A stretch of DNA of 64,000 nucleotides from positions 620,001 to 684,000 of the forward strand of contig JBODTK010000014.1 of NCBI GenBank assembly GCA_050613775.1. The letters run 5' to 3'. Positions 25,944-38,945 of this stretch are shown one piece after another. Position numbers and translations under genes: made by a program. This DNA comes from Neocallimastix sp. 'constans'. Taxonomy: Eukaryota. The notes beneath the pieces are model-generated. The model saw nothing but the letters and a program-made list of their open reading frames with translations. It had not been told where the DNA came from and did not search any database. Numbering within the stretch: the first letter of the stretch is position 1; the number at the start of each line of letters is the position of its first letter.

Positions 25944-26865
25944 TGTTGAGGTTCGGGACAGAATAATAATAAATATAGAAATAAACACTAAAATAAAAAA
26001 AAATTAAAAATTAAAATATATCTTTTTTTAAAATATTTTATTTATTTATTTAATAAAAATTATTCAATTAAAAACTAAAAATAAATTAATTTCTTTAATA
26101 AGATGATATCTTTAAGCATATTTCTTTTATTCAAAATACAATTTTCTCATCTATTTATATTTTTTTTTATCGTTAGAAATGGTCAAGCCATTTCTTTAGA
26201 ATATATTAGAATTTTAGTTTGAATTGTATTTAAATTATAAATTCATAATCTATTCTATTATAATAAATAATTATTACATATTATTAAATTCTAAACTATT
26301 TATTATTAATTGTAGTGATAATATATTTTAAAAATAATTTTATTACTTTTACAGAACTATTAGTAATAGAGTATTATTTAATTTTATACTATTTTTAAAT
26401 AAAAGTATTTTAGATTATTATCTATTATTAATCTTATTATAAATAGGGTGTATTTTGGAAGGAAGTATTACTAATTTTAATGACAAGGATCATGGATTTA
26501 AGTAAAATATTTTTAAATCATTATTAATTATATTAATTTTTATTAATAATAAATAATCTGTATTAGTAATATTTGTAAAATAAAATTTTCTTTAATAATA
26601 AAATATTGATAGAATAAATCATATTAATAAAACTAGATATTGATAATAATATTGATATTAATAATATAGTATTAATTTTAATAATAAAGTATTGATATTA
26701 ATAAAGAATTTATATTAATAATAATAAATTTAATATTAGTAATAATTTGGCAGTAATAGAACATAAGAAAGTTCCCCAAGTAAGGAAATAAATAATTTAA
26801 TTTTAGTGGTTAAGTTATTTTTATGAAAAATAATAAAATTAACATTATTTGTTCATTCCTTAACA
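25944..26865 (-). mobile_element. Solo LTR family I (related to F)
   Basis: TGTTGAGGTTCGGG...TTAACA; TSD ATTA recovered after removing later CAATT insertions. Confidence 0.75.
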
Positions 26866-28636
26866 ATTTGTAAGAAACTTAGATAAATTTATTATAAAAT
26901 TTATCTATCTTTCTTATTTAATACATTAATTTAATACATTAAATTATTGTATTTATTTTAACCAATAATATTTAATTATTAATTTATATATATTTGATTC
27001 TCTTGAGTTCTCTTCGAGAAATCAAGAGTTATTATTTTAGAATTTTTATAATAAATAATAATTCAAATAAAATAATTAATTAATAAAACAAAACCTTTTA
27101 ATAAAACATATTTTATAAATATTTGTGTCTTTTATTCCTTTTGTGTTATTGTTTATTATAAACTTTCTATAATAAACTCTATCTTATATTTAAGTTAAGT
27201 ATAATTATTTATTTATATTATTTTATATTTATTTAATTATATTTAATAATTTTATTTTCTCAAATTAATGTTAATTAGTAATAATTAATGTTAATTTGTA
27301 TGTTGAAATTATAACTGAATTGAAATCTCAATTTCAGTTATTTACATTTCAATAGTTAAAAAATATTATTTATTTAATTATAAATAATATATATATTTAA
27401 ATAATTAATAATTAATATAAATTCTTATTTAATACTTAAAGAATTATCTTAGGCCTAATAATTCTGAGAATATTAGTAAATAAGATTTATATTAATAATT
27501 TCAATTATCTACATATGACGTCACATGTATTTATTTATATTATGTTTATATATATGTTTAAATCATATATATTAACTACTATTTTTAATTATTCAAATTA
27601 ATTATACAAATTAAATTTATTTAGTTATATTAAATATTTTAAACATATCGATATTGTTATTATCTTAATATTTTATTAATATTCATATTACTATATTATT
27701 AATATCTTATAATTAAATATTATTATTATGTAACTTACAAAGTATAAAAGAAAGATGTAAAAATCTATCTTTTATGTTCTTTGTAAGGTTATTGTATTTA
27801 CAATAATTATATACTAATAATTCATTAAATAAATATTTTCATTAAATCCTTCAAAGAAATTATTATTTAAAATATTTTTAGATATTAAGTGTTTAAATAA
27901 CTTAACTATTTATCTTATATTATTTTAATTATATTATTATTAATTAATCATTGTTGGATTATTAATATATAATTCAACATATTAACCTAGTAACGTTATT
28001 AAAATCACATATATTTTATATCGTATTATCATTGACACTCTATATGTATTCTATATTATTATATCATTTATATCACTATCCTATCATATCACCGTCCTAA
28101 TAATTTATCATATATTTGTTAATACAACCTACACACGCACACCAATCATATAATAACATACATAATATAATATATTTTAGCTAGACACAGCCCTAATATT
28201 CATATAACCTTATATAGACATATGGCGAACCTTATATGTAACATACTATATTATTAACACATTTATAATCTCAGACAGCCAATCAAATCATGACATATCC
28301 AATTTATACACCCTGCATCGATCTAATTACCATCTCATGACTTATCTTAATTAATTTAATTTAAACACCATAAACGCCATCTATCATCTATCATACACTT
28401 TTTAATTAACACTCTATACTATAATCAATTAAACATATTAAGCATACCTAACATACACACTTTAATCAACACTAAACTTAATTATATACACTTTTATAAA
28501 TTTATTTAATATCTTAATCTTTTATTCATTTATTTAATTATTTTTTAACAAACAATCAAACTACACTACACTTTAATGAATAAGGATGTTTTTACATAAT
28601 TGAAGTATATTGTTAAACATTTGTATTTTATCCATA

Positions 28637-29056
28637 TCATTTAAGAATTCTAATCTCTTCATAATTATTACATAAGTTTTTAATTTGATTGATTTCTTCA
28701 TTAATCCTAAACTTTCTTGCAATAAATCTTTGGTAGTTTACCCTTGGATTCTTCAAAATGTTCGCCTCATAGTCCAAACGTTCTTGAAAGTCCTCTAAAC
28801 AGTCGTACCATAATTCTAAGTCATTCTTAATATTTAAAATAAGTCTACTATTTTGCATGTTTAATAAAGATAATTTTCTAGTTAACTGTCTTTTTATTTC
28901 ATAATAATTTTCATTATCCTTTTCTAATGTTACTATTTCTAGTTTAATATCTAAAAGTTCTTTAATATGATCTACACTAACATCTAAATTTCTTTCAAAA
29001 GATGAATAATGTAAATCAAACTTTTCGAAATAAGTGTTAAATAATCTTCTAGACAT
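28637..29056 (-). CDS. Hypothetical helical/coiled-coil protein, 139 aa
   Basis: ATG-started ORF of normal complexity amid AT-rich DNA; no motif recognised. Confidence 0.55.
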   Translation of the reverse strand: MSRRLFNTYFEKFDLHYSSFERNLDVSVDHIKELLDIKLEIVTLEKDNENYYEIKRQLTRKLSLLNMQNSRLILNIKNDLELWYDCLEDFQERLDYEANILKNPRVNYQRFIARKFRINEEINQIKNLCNNYEEIRILK

Positions 29057-29747
29057 TTGTTAAATAAAATAAAAAAGTTTATATTTTGTTGATGTTAAAA
29101 AAAAAATCATAAACTTTATTCTTGTTTATATGTATAGTTTGAATCTATCGCTTAATCGGTTATTTAATATTTAACCGGATATCATCAAAGGTTACTTTTC
29201 GTTAATTCAAGTTGTTTGTTGTTGTTTTCTTAATAATCCTAATCCTATTAAAAAATGTTAACTATAACCCTTTGTATCAAGTTTATCCTTTTATTTAATG
29301 ATTATAATATTCATTCATTTAATTTTTAAATTAATTATTAAAACTATTTTTAGATATTAACTATTTGTCTACTAATGTTATTGTTAAATTAAAAAAATTA
29401 TTATGATTCATTTTTAACAAAATTAACACACACACACTATTACGTCATATTAACCAATCATTGTAAAAATTTATTTTGGGTTTTAATATAATTTATTAAT
29501 AATATAATAGAATATAACATACATCATATACATAAACATATACAATCATACCACAATAATAAAACATTTTTTTTTCAACGTTTATATTTTGCAAATAGCC
29601 AATAATATAAAATAAATAACAATAAATAATAATAGATAATAATAAATAATCACATATACCATCATATTTCAAATTTTATTAATAAAGCATTTCATTCAAT
29701 AATTCATTATTTATTTTAACTAATTAATAATCATACCAACGTTTTAA

Positions 29748-30779
29748 TCAAACGTATTTAGAATAACGCAAACCCCTAAAGGTAACGTCAATTGTAAAAT
29801 CAAGACAAAAAGTACTATCTTGTAAAAGATTGTTAAATTCAATTTGTCCATTACTAAACTTATAAGTAGGTCCATCACCAGTAATAACATTTATTAAAAA
29901 TGTTGGTTTAAAGGATACAGATGGATTATTTACAGGATTAGTAGGTAAATTAGTATTCCAACCTAAAGATTCATATCTTTCTTCAATATATTCATTTGTA
30001 TCTTTATTAAATGTTTTATACATATTATAAACATTACTATCTTTATCACGAACATATTGAGCCTTAATACTACTAACTGGAACATACTGCGATTTCTCAA
30101 CTAAAGATTCTGGATACAAATATCTTGTTAATCTCAAACTACTACCAGAACCAAGATTTCTTATTAAACTTGATGAATAAGTAGTAATTCTATTACCAAC
30201 AGTACAAAAAAACTTTTGATCAGTAAATGATATATAATCCTCTATATTATCATCTTCATCAAGAGGATCAGCATTAGAATCATAATGATTAGCTGGTAAA
30301 TATATCGGAGATTCTGAATCAGGTTTTCCATACGCAAATTGAATATCTTCTTTAGATAAACCAGTTCTATCCCATGCAGTAACAACAGTTAATTGTTTAG
30401 GATAAACAAAACCACTATTAGTACCATCATCAGGAGAACTCTGAGGCCAATCAACAGATGTTACATCCACTTTAACAGCATTAATTTTAATTTGATCATA
30501 TATTTCTGAAATATTTTTAAAATAATCACTTTGTCTTATAACTTCATAAATATTAACAAAAGCACAACCGGTATTTCTAATTGTGATTAATCTCTTATCT
30601 AAAAGTTCATTATCTTCATAAAAAGGATTAGCGTGTAAATCGATAGCTTCAAGATATTGTCCACATTGAACATTCATCTTATGTCTTAACACAATATTAC
30701 AAGAATCATTTTGGTTAAATGATGCTCGCATATTACCAACAGACTTCCGTCTGGTAATACCTGACCGAAAATTAATCAT
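29748..30779 (-). CDS. Putative CRESS/circovirus-like ssDNA virus capsid protein, 343 aa
   Basis: Intact ORF; basic N-terminus, F-x5-YDQIKINAVKV strand motif, LTRYLYP and terminal VTFRGLR resemble single jelly-roll CRESS capsids (recognised by eye). Confidence 0.6.
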   Translation of the reverse strand: MINFRSGITRRKSVGNMRASFNQNDSCNIVLRHKMNVQCGQYLEAIDLHANPFYEDNELLDKRLITIRNTGCAFVNIYEVIRQSDYFKNISEIYDQIKINAVKVDVTSVDWPQSSPDDGTNSGFVYPKQLTVVTAWDRTGLSKEDIQFAYGKPDSESPIYLPANHYDSNADPLDEDDNIEDYISFTDQKFFCTVGNRITTYSSSLIRNLGSGSSLRLTRYLYPESLVEKSQYVPVSSIKAQYVRDKDSNVYNMYKTFNKDTNEYIEERYESLGWNTNLPTNPVNNPSVSFKPTFLINVITGDGPTYKFSNGQIEFNNLLQDSTFCLDFTIDVTFRGLRYSKYV

Positions 30780-30812
30780 AAAACTATTTTATATCTTAAT
30801 TTTAACATTGTA

Positions 30813-31455
30813 TGTCAAAGTTTTAAGATAATTTGGTCTTAACGATTAGGTCAAGATGCCAAATTATAGTAATTAATTAATAATTTAATTTTATTCTTAT
30901 TTAAAACATATTGTTATTAGTAAATTTTATAAATAAGTTTTTATTTAAAATATAAATTTTATTTAATCTTAATAATATTTTATTACATTATTATTTTATA
31001 TAATTATTACTATAATTTAAATTACAATAATCCTACAAAGGATTAATCAAAAGATTTAAACATGTATTTATATAAAATAATTAATTATTAAAATATTAAT
31101 TATTAATATGAATATGTAATAATATTAATATAAGTTTGATATTGATAATATAAACTAATATAAATATTTAATATAAATAAAATATAAGAATATAACTAAA
31201 TATTATATTTTATAATTAAAATATAATATGTAGAAATTAATTTAATGACAGTCACGTGTTTACATTATTTAATCTATATTAAATTCAATATGTTAATAAC
31301 ATTTAGTAATTAGTTGGCCTAGACTAATTCCTAAATATTTTAATAAAGTTAATTTAATAATAATTATTATATTATTATTTTTTATTAATATTGAAATTCA
31401 AATAACTGAATTATCGAAATTGAAATTGAATTGAAATTCAGTTATTATCTTAACA
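30813..31455 (-). mobile_element. Solo LTR family B
   Basis: TG...CA; TSD TTGTA 30808-30812 / 31456-31460. Confidence 0.85.
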
Positions 31456-31509
31456 TTGTAGTTAAGAAATTATTTATAATTAATTTTATAAGTAATTTCT
31501 TACACAATT

Positions 31510-32536
31510 TGTAAGAAACTTAGATAAATTTATTATAAAATTTATCTATCTTTCTTATTTAATACATTAATTTAATACATTAAATTATTGTATTTATTTT
31601 AACCAATAATATTTAATTATTAATTTATATATATTTGATTCTCTTGAGTTCTCTTCGAGAAATCAAGAGTTATTATTTTAGAATTTTTATAATAAATAAT
31701 AATTCAAATAAAATAATTAATTAATAAAACAAAACCCTTTTAATAAAACATATTTTATAAATATTTGTGTCTTTTATTCCTTTTGTGTTATTGTTTATTA
31801 TAAACTTTCTATAATAAACTCTATCTTAATATTTAAGTTAAGTATAATTATTTATTTATATTATTTTATATTTATTTAATTATATTTAATTTTATTTTCT
31901 CAAATTAATGTTAATTAGTAATAATTAATGTTAATTTGTAGTTAAGAAATTATTTATAATTAATTTTATAAGTAATTTCTTACAATAATAACTCTTCTTT
32001 TTAGGAAGAAAATATTTTATAAATAATTTAATATGAATATAACAAAAAATAATAATTATAATTATAATGGAATAATTAAATTAAATAAATTCATTTTATA
32101 TTATTTACGAAATTTTTTCTTTCTCTCAATTTAAATTTATAAATTTTTTTTTTGTTTATTTTTTATTTTTCTTTTAATTGTTTATGTTTGTTTATGTCAT
32201 ATATATATTATTTATTTTGTTTAATTTATTATTACATTAACTAACAATTCTTTATTATTATATATATTAAACATTATAACTTTATAATAATATGACAACA
32301 CTTATTCTGTTTACTTTGCCTATTTACTTTTAAAAATAAGTCTTTATAAATTTCATAAAAATTAACAATATTAAATACTAACTATTTTACTTTATTTTAT
32401 TTTATATAACATATTTATCTATTATAATATTATATTTATATTATATTTTAATATTATATAATTGTTTTTATATATAACATTATATACATTATATACATTA
32501 TATACATTATATACATTATATATATATATTTTTCTT

Positions 32537-32577
<41 letters not shown>

Positions 32578-32738
32578 AAATAAAATAAAACAAAAATAAA
32601 AACAAAAATAAAAACAAAAAACAAAAACAAAACAAAAAACAAAAACAAAAAATAAATAAAATAAATTAATAATTTAAAAGATAAGTTGTTCAGTTTTCTT
32701 TTCTTTAAAATAAATAAAAATAAAAAATAAATAAATTA

Positions 32739-32783
<45 letters not shown>

Positions 32784-34612
32784 AATAAATAAATAAAATT
32801 ATAATTATGGTAAATAAAGTAATAATAATAATAAATAATAATAATAAAAAAAAAGTTTTTAATATTGATCATACGAACGAAAATAAAATTTTAAAAATTA
32901 TAAGATATATTTAAATATATAATTACAATGTTCTATGATCACATATAGATATTAACACGTGGGCTGAAGTGATATAAAAATTGAAATTCACTTCTATGTA
33001 ATTGAAATAATATATTATTATTAATAATATAATTGTTAATTACTAATTGCCCTTTGTTAAAACAGATATCGGCAAAAGCTATATCTCGTTATATCTATTA
33101 AAAAAAAAAAAAAAAAAAAAAAATACATATATATATATATGTAATATAAAAATTATAAAATATTATTATTATTTATTTAATACATATTTCAAAATATACA
33201 TATAAAATTTAATATAAAAAATTATAAAATATTATTATTTATTTATTTAATAAATAATTCATATGTATAATTTAAATTATTACTTATTTATTTATCTAAT
33301 GAATAATATAACATATATATAATATAAATAATAAAATGTTATTATTTATTTAATAAATATGAAAAATATATAATATATAATATATAATTTAAAATTATTA
33401 TTATTTTCATTCATTTAATGAATAATATACAATATATATATATATTGTAAAATTAATTATTATTATTATTTATTTATTTATTAATACAAAATATATATAA
33501 TATATAATATAAATTTATAAATTATTGTTCATTTAATTATTTATTTAAAATAAATTTTAATTCAAATTTTAAATTTCAATTTTTTAAATTGAAATTGCAA
33601 TTAAATATTTATTTTAATTTTATTTAAATTTTATTTCTTTTTAATATTTCTTAATTTATTATTTCTTAAATTGTTCTTCTTTCATTGAACAATTCAAATG
33701 AAAAGGAGCAATGTAAGAAATACAAATAAATTTATTAATAATTTATTTACATTTCTTAGTTATTATAATTTATTTAATTTAATATTTATTTATTCATTTA
33801 ATAATATAGTCATTTTATTTAATTTTATATTTATTTATACATTTAATAATTATAGTTATTTTATTTAATTTTATAATTATTTATTCACTTACATTTATAT
33901 ATTAGTTTAGAAAACAATATTAAGGTTTTTCCCAAGTTAATTGGTTTTACTTAATATTGATTCGTCTAGAGTTTTTCCGCTAATCTTTTCTCTAGATGTT
34001 AAAAAGTTAAGGTTAGCAAAACTTTCAATAAATTATTTAATTTTATATTTTTTTTGGTTAATTATAATTTTTATTTTAAATATACTACTTCCTATATAAT
34101 AATGAATTTATACAAATTCATTAAGTAAAGGGAGCAATGTAAGAAACTTAGATAAATTTATTATAAAATTTATTTATCTTTCTTATTTAATACATTAATT
34201 TAATACATTAAATTATTGTATTTATTTTAACCAATAATATTTAATTATTAATTTATATATATTTGATTCTCTTGAGTTCTCTTTGAGAAATCAAGAGTTA
34301 TTATTTTAGAATTTTTATAATAAATAATAATTCAAATAAAATAATTAATTAATAAAACAAAACCCTTTTAATAAAACATATTTTATAAATATTTGTGTCT
34401 TTTATTCCTTTTGTGTTATTGTTTATTATAAACTTTCTATAATAAACTCTATCTTAATATTTAAGTTAAGTATAATTATTTATTTATATTATTTTATATT
34501 TATTTAATTATATTTAATTTTATTTTCTCAAATTAATGTTAATTAGTAATAATTAATGTTAATTTGTAGTTAAGAAATTGTTTATAATTAATTTTATAAG
34601 TAATTTCTTACA
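31510..34612 (+). mobile_element. Non-autonomous LTR element E (LTRs 31510-31984 and 34138-34612)
   Basis: Two 475-bp LTRs, PBS ATAATAACTCTT 31985-31996, PPT AAAGGGAGCAA 34127-34137, TSD CAATT, no ORF. Confidence 0.9.
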
Positions 34613-34618
34613 CAATTA

Positions 34619-35869
34619 TGATACGTATCTTTTATATTTAAAGATGTATCTAAATAATTTTATTTGTTTGGACGTTGTCAGAAGGGAATTATTAACAAAA
34701 TAATATATTCTAATAAATATAATAATAACACATAATGTATAAATATAAATATATAATTTAAATGTAAAGATTTGTCTTTATTTATTTATTCTTATTTCTT
34801 TATTTATTTTTATTACATTATTCTCAATGTTTACAAAAATATAAAAATACAAGTTATATATTTATTATTATCTTTCTCACTAACTATCTAATTATACACT
34901 TAATAATTAATATTTAATACTCTATAAACTATTATATTTTCTACTAATAAACCTGTTATTTTGAAGTATCTTTATTATATATTTCCTATATTATAACAAA
35001 GAACTCCTCGTTTTATTATTAATGAATTATCAAAATATGTATCTAACTATTTAGTCTTATTTAATTATCTACCAATCATTATTAATTTTTAATTTATTAC
35101 TTTAACTAATGTTGAAATTATAACTGAATTGAAATCTCAATTTCAGTTATTTACATTTCAATAATTAAAAATATTATTTATTTAATTATAAATAATATAT
35201 ATATTTAAATAATTAATAATTAATATAAATTCTTGTTTAATATTTAAAGGGTTATCTTAGGCCTAATAATTCTGAGAATATTAATAAATAAGGTTTATAT
35301 TAATAATTAATTTCAATGATACATTTGGCGTCACGTGTATTTTATTTATATTATGTTTTTATATATGTTTACAACATATCTATATTAAATTCAATTATTC
35401 AAATTAATTATATAATTAAATTTATCCTTATATTTTATTATTATTTATATTACTATATTATTACTATCTTATAATTAAATATTATTATTATGTAACTTAC
35501 AAAGTATAAAAGAAAGATGTAAAAATCTATCTTTTATGTTCTTTGTAAGGTTATTGTAAAATTACCTTAATAGTAATATATTATAGATATTTTATTAAAT
35601 AAAATCAATAAATTTAAAATCAAATTAATTTGATAATTCTAATTATCAAAGTTTATTATAAATAAATTTTCATTAAACTAAACATTTAAATATTTATTAT
35701 TATTATTATATATCTATATAGTATATTACTATATAGACATATCGACTTAGTGAATATTTTTATTAAAACATATTATTTTATTTAAATTTAAATTAAAAAT
35801 TATATTAAAATCTTAACAACTAATTTCTAAAACTATTTCTAATAATGTTTTTAGTGTGGTATCGTATCA
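34619..35869. mobile_element. Solo LTR family H, interrupted by 35110-35818
   Basis: TGATACG...CGTATCA; TSD ATTA (right copy split by a later insertion). Confidence 0.8.
35110..35818 (+). mobile_element. Solo LTR family K
   Basis: TGTTGAAA...CTTAACA; TSD ACTAA 35105-35109 / 35819-35823. Confidence 0.9.
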
Positions 35870-35872
35870 ATT

Positions 35873-36835
35873 TGTAAGAATCTATAATTATTTTTAAATA
35901 AAATAATTATATTTTCTTAGTTAAGTTATAATTATAACTTTATTTAATTATATAATATTTATTCATTTAAATATTATTAATAATTTATTAAACTCAATAT
36001 TAAATAATCATTAATTTAATACAACAAATTTATTTAATTAATTATTATTTATACATTTATAAATAATTATAGTTTATTTAATTATATATTTAATTATTAA
36101 ATTTATTAGTCTTAGTTTATTTATTTAATTAAATTGTAAACAAATATATTATGTATTCTAATATGTACTTAATAATGTATTCTGTATTTTGTTTATTAAT
36201 ATCATTATTATGTTATTTTCCTTATTTGTAAATTTATGATTTTATGGTCGAAATATCTTTTATTATTTTATTCTTTTATTTTCGATCAATTAAATTAGAT
36301 TAGCTAATCGGTCAATTAGGGTTTTTCCCAATCACTTTTTAAAAGTAATTGGTTTTACCTAATTGATACGATGATCGATATGGATAGAATATCGATCAAA
36401 AATCTTATCTAGGTTTTTCTCTCTAATCTTTTCCTAGATAAGAGATTTGTTAAGATTAGAAAACATTTTTTAATTTAACCTTATTTTTCAAAAAAGTATA
36501 AATAAAGCTCTTGAATTCTCTTTGAGAAATCAAGAGTTATTATTATAACAATTATAATATAGTAATAACATTAATAAATTTTTTATATTTCTATTTTAAT
36601 AAAGTAAGTTTTAATAAAAAACAAATTTAAAAAAAATAAAATAAAATAATCTTTTCTCTTTGACTATTTTGTGTTATTAGTTTATTATAATTAGTTATAA
36701 TAAACTCTCTCTTATAGAAGATAAGTATATTTATCTTTTTTTTGTTTTCTCAATTTAATAATAATTATTATTTAGTTATTATTAAGTTGTAGTTAATAAT
36801 TTAATTCTAATTAATTTTATAATTAAATTATTACA
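35873..36835 (+). mobile_element. Solo LTR family A
   Basis: TGTAAG...ATTACA; TSD CAATT 35868-35872 / 36836-36840. Confidence 0.9.
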
Positions 36836-36841
36836 CAATTA

Positions 36842-37904
36842 TGGTAGACTCGGGGTTGACACTTAGATATTTAAAATCAAGCAGGGGGGACGGGTATTAC
36901 CCTGCTTTGATTTTAAATAAAAAAAAAAAAATAATTCTTTATTAAAAGTTATTTATTTTTTTTATTAATATAAAATTTTATTATTTAAAGTACACATATT
37001 TAATTTTTAAGAAATTGTTACAATATTTATATTTTTTTATAAATTTAAGGTATAATTAATTGTTTATAATTTAAGTAATTTTATAGAATTATTGAATTAA
37101 TTTTATATCAATAATTCATTTTTGTTTTAATTTTTATAAATATAATAATATAATATTCAAATATAATTTAATTAAAAATAATTATAAAATAAATATATAG
37201 AAAATAGTTTTTACTATTTTCTTTGATATTTTTAAGTTAAATAAATTGTTTTTAAAGATTAATATAATAAATTTAATAATCTTTAATTATTTTAAATAAT
37301 ACTTGTAATTATTTTCAAAATAAAATAAAATTTTTATAATATTTAATTAATAAATTTGATAATATTTAAATAATAATTTTTATAATAATTAAAAATTTTT
37401 AATAATAATTTTTAATAATAAATTTAATTAATAATCTTAATAATTTTATAATAATATTTAATAGTTATAATATATAAATTTTTATAATAATATTTAATAA
37501 TTTTAATAATTTTATAATATTAATAATTTATAATAATTTTTAGAATAATATTTAATTAATAATTTTAATAATTTTATAATAATTTTTATAATAATATTTA
37601 ATTAATAATTTTAATAATTTTATAATAATTTTTATAATAATATTTAATTAATAGTTTTAATAATTTAGTATCTTAAAAGTATAATTTTAATATTTACAAT
37701 TGTATTTTAATATACATATATTTAATAATATAACAATAAAGTAATTAATTAAAATTTATTTACATTATTTACAAGTTAAAATTAATTTATATCAAAATAA
37801 ATTAAATTTTATTATTAAGTTTAGGTTATCAAGAATATAGGAAAGTACAATTTAGTAAAGAATTATTAATAATAAAATAAAGGTTATTAATTCATTCTTT
37901 ACTA
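36842..37904 (-). mobile_element. Solo LTR family G
   Basis: Highly similar to 37909-38922; flanked by ATTA; terminal CCA reads CTA. Confidence 0.9.
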
Positions 37905-38945
37905 ATTATGGTAGACTCGGGGTTGACACTTAGATATTTAAAATCAAGCAGGGGGGGACGGGTATTACCCTGCTTTGATTTTAAAAAAATAAATCTTTAT
38001 TAAAAATTATTTATTTTTTTTTTTTTTTATTAATATAAAAGTTTTTTATTTAAAGTACACATTTAATTTTTAAGAAATTGTTACAATATTTATATTTTTT
38101 TATAAATTTAAAGTATAATTAATTGTTTATAATTTAAGTAATTTTATAGAATTATTGAATTAATTTTATATCAATAATTCATTTTTGTTTTAATTTTTAT
38201 AAATATAATAATATAATATTCAAATATAATTTAATTAAAAATAATTATAAAATAAATATATAGAAAATAGTTTTTACTATTTTCTTTGATATTTTTAAGT
38301 TAAATAAATTGTTTTTAAAGATTAATATAATAAATTTAATAATCTTTAATTATTTTAAATAATACTTGTAATTATTTTCAAAATAAAATAAAATTTTTAT
38401 AATATTTAATTAATAAATTTGATAATATTTAAATAATAATTTTTATAATAAGTAAAAATTTTAATAATAATTTTTAATAATAAATTTAATTAATAATCTT
38501 AATAATTTTATAATAATATTTAATAGTTATAATATATAAATTTTTATAATAATATTTAATAATTTTAATAATTTTATAATATTAATAATTTATAATAATT
38601 TTTAGAATAATATTTAATTAATAATTTTAATAATTTTATAATAATTTTTATAATAATATTTAATTAATAGTTTTAATAATTTAGTATCTTAAAAGTATAA
38701 TTTTAATATTTACAATTGTATTTTAATATATACATATATTTAATAATATAACAATAAAGTAATTAATTAAATTTTATTTACATTATTTACAAGTTAAAAT
38801 TAATTTATATCAAAATAAATTAAATTTTATTATTAAGTTTAGGTTATCAAGAATATAGGAAAGTACAATTTAGTAAAGAATTATTAATAATAAAATAAAG
38901 GTTATTAATTCATTCTTTACCATGATGCCCCCTCTAAAACTCAAG

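Larger units (their letters stand above)
27301..30807 (+). mobile_element. Element D: K-family LTR expanded to 3.5 kb with two antisense cargo ORFs
   Basis: TGTTGAAA...TTTAACA; TSD TTGTA 27296-27300 / 30808-30812; first ~495 bp match the K LTR. Confidence 0.8.
26869..31504 (+). mobile_element. Solo LTR family E (short A derivative), host of two nested inserts
   Basis: Matches 31510-31984 once 27301-31460 is removed; TSD CAATT 26864-26868 / 31505-31509. Confidence 0.9.

Noticed and set aside
29157..29177. Stem-loop CGGTTA-TTTAATATT-TAACCG as a CRESS replication origin
   Set aside because: Loop lacks the NANTATTAC nonanucleotide, the stem is short and no Rep is present
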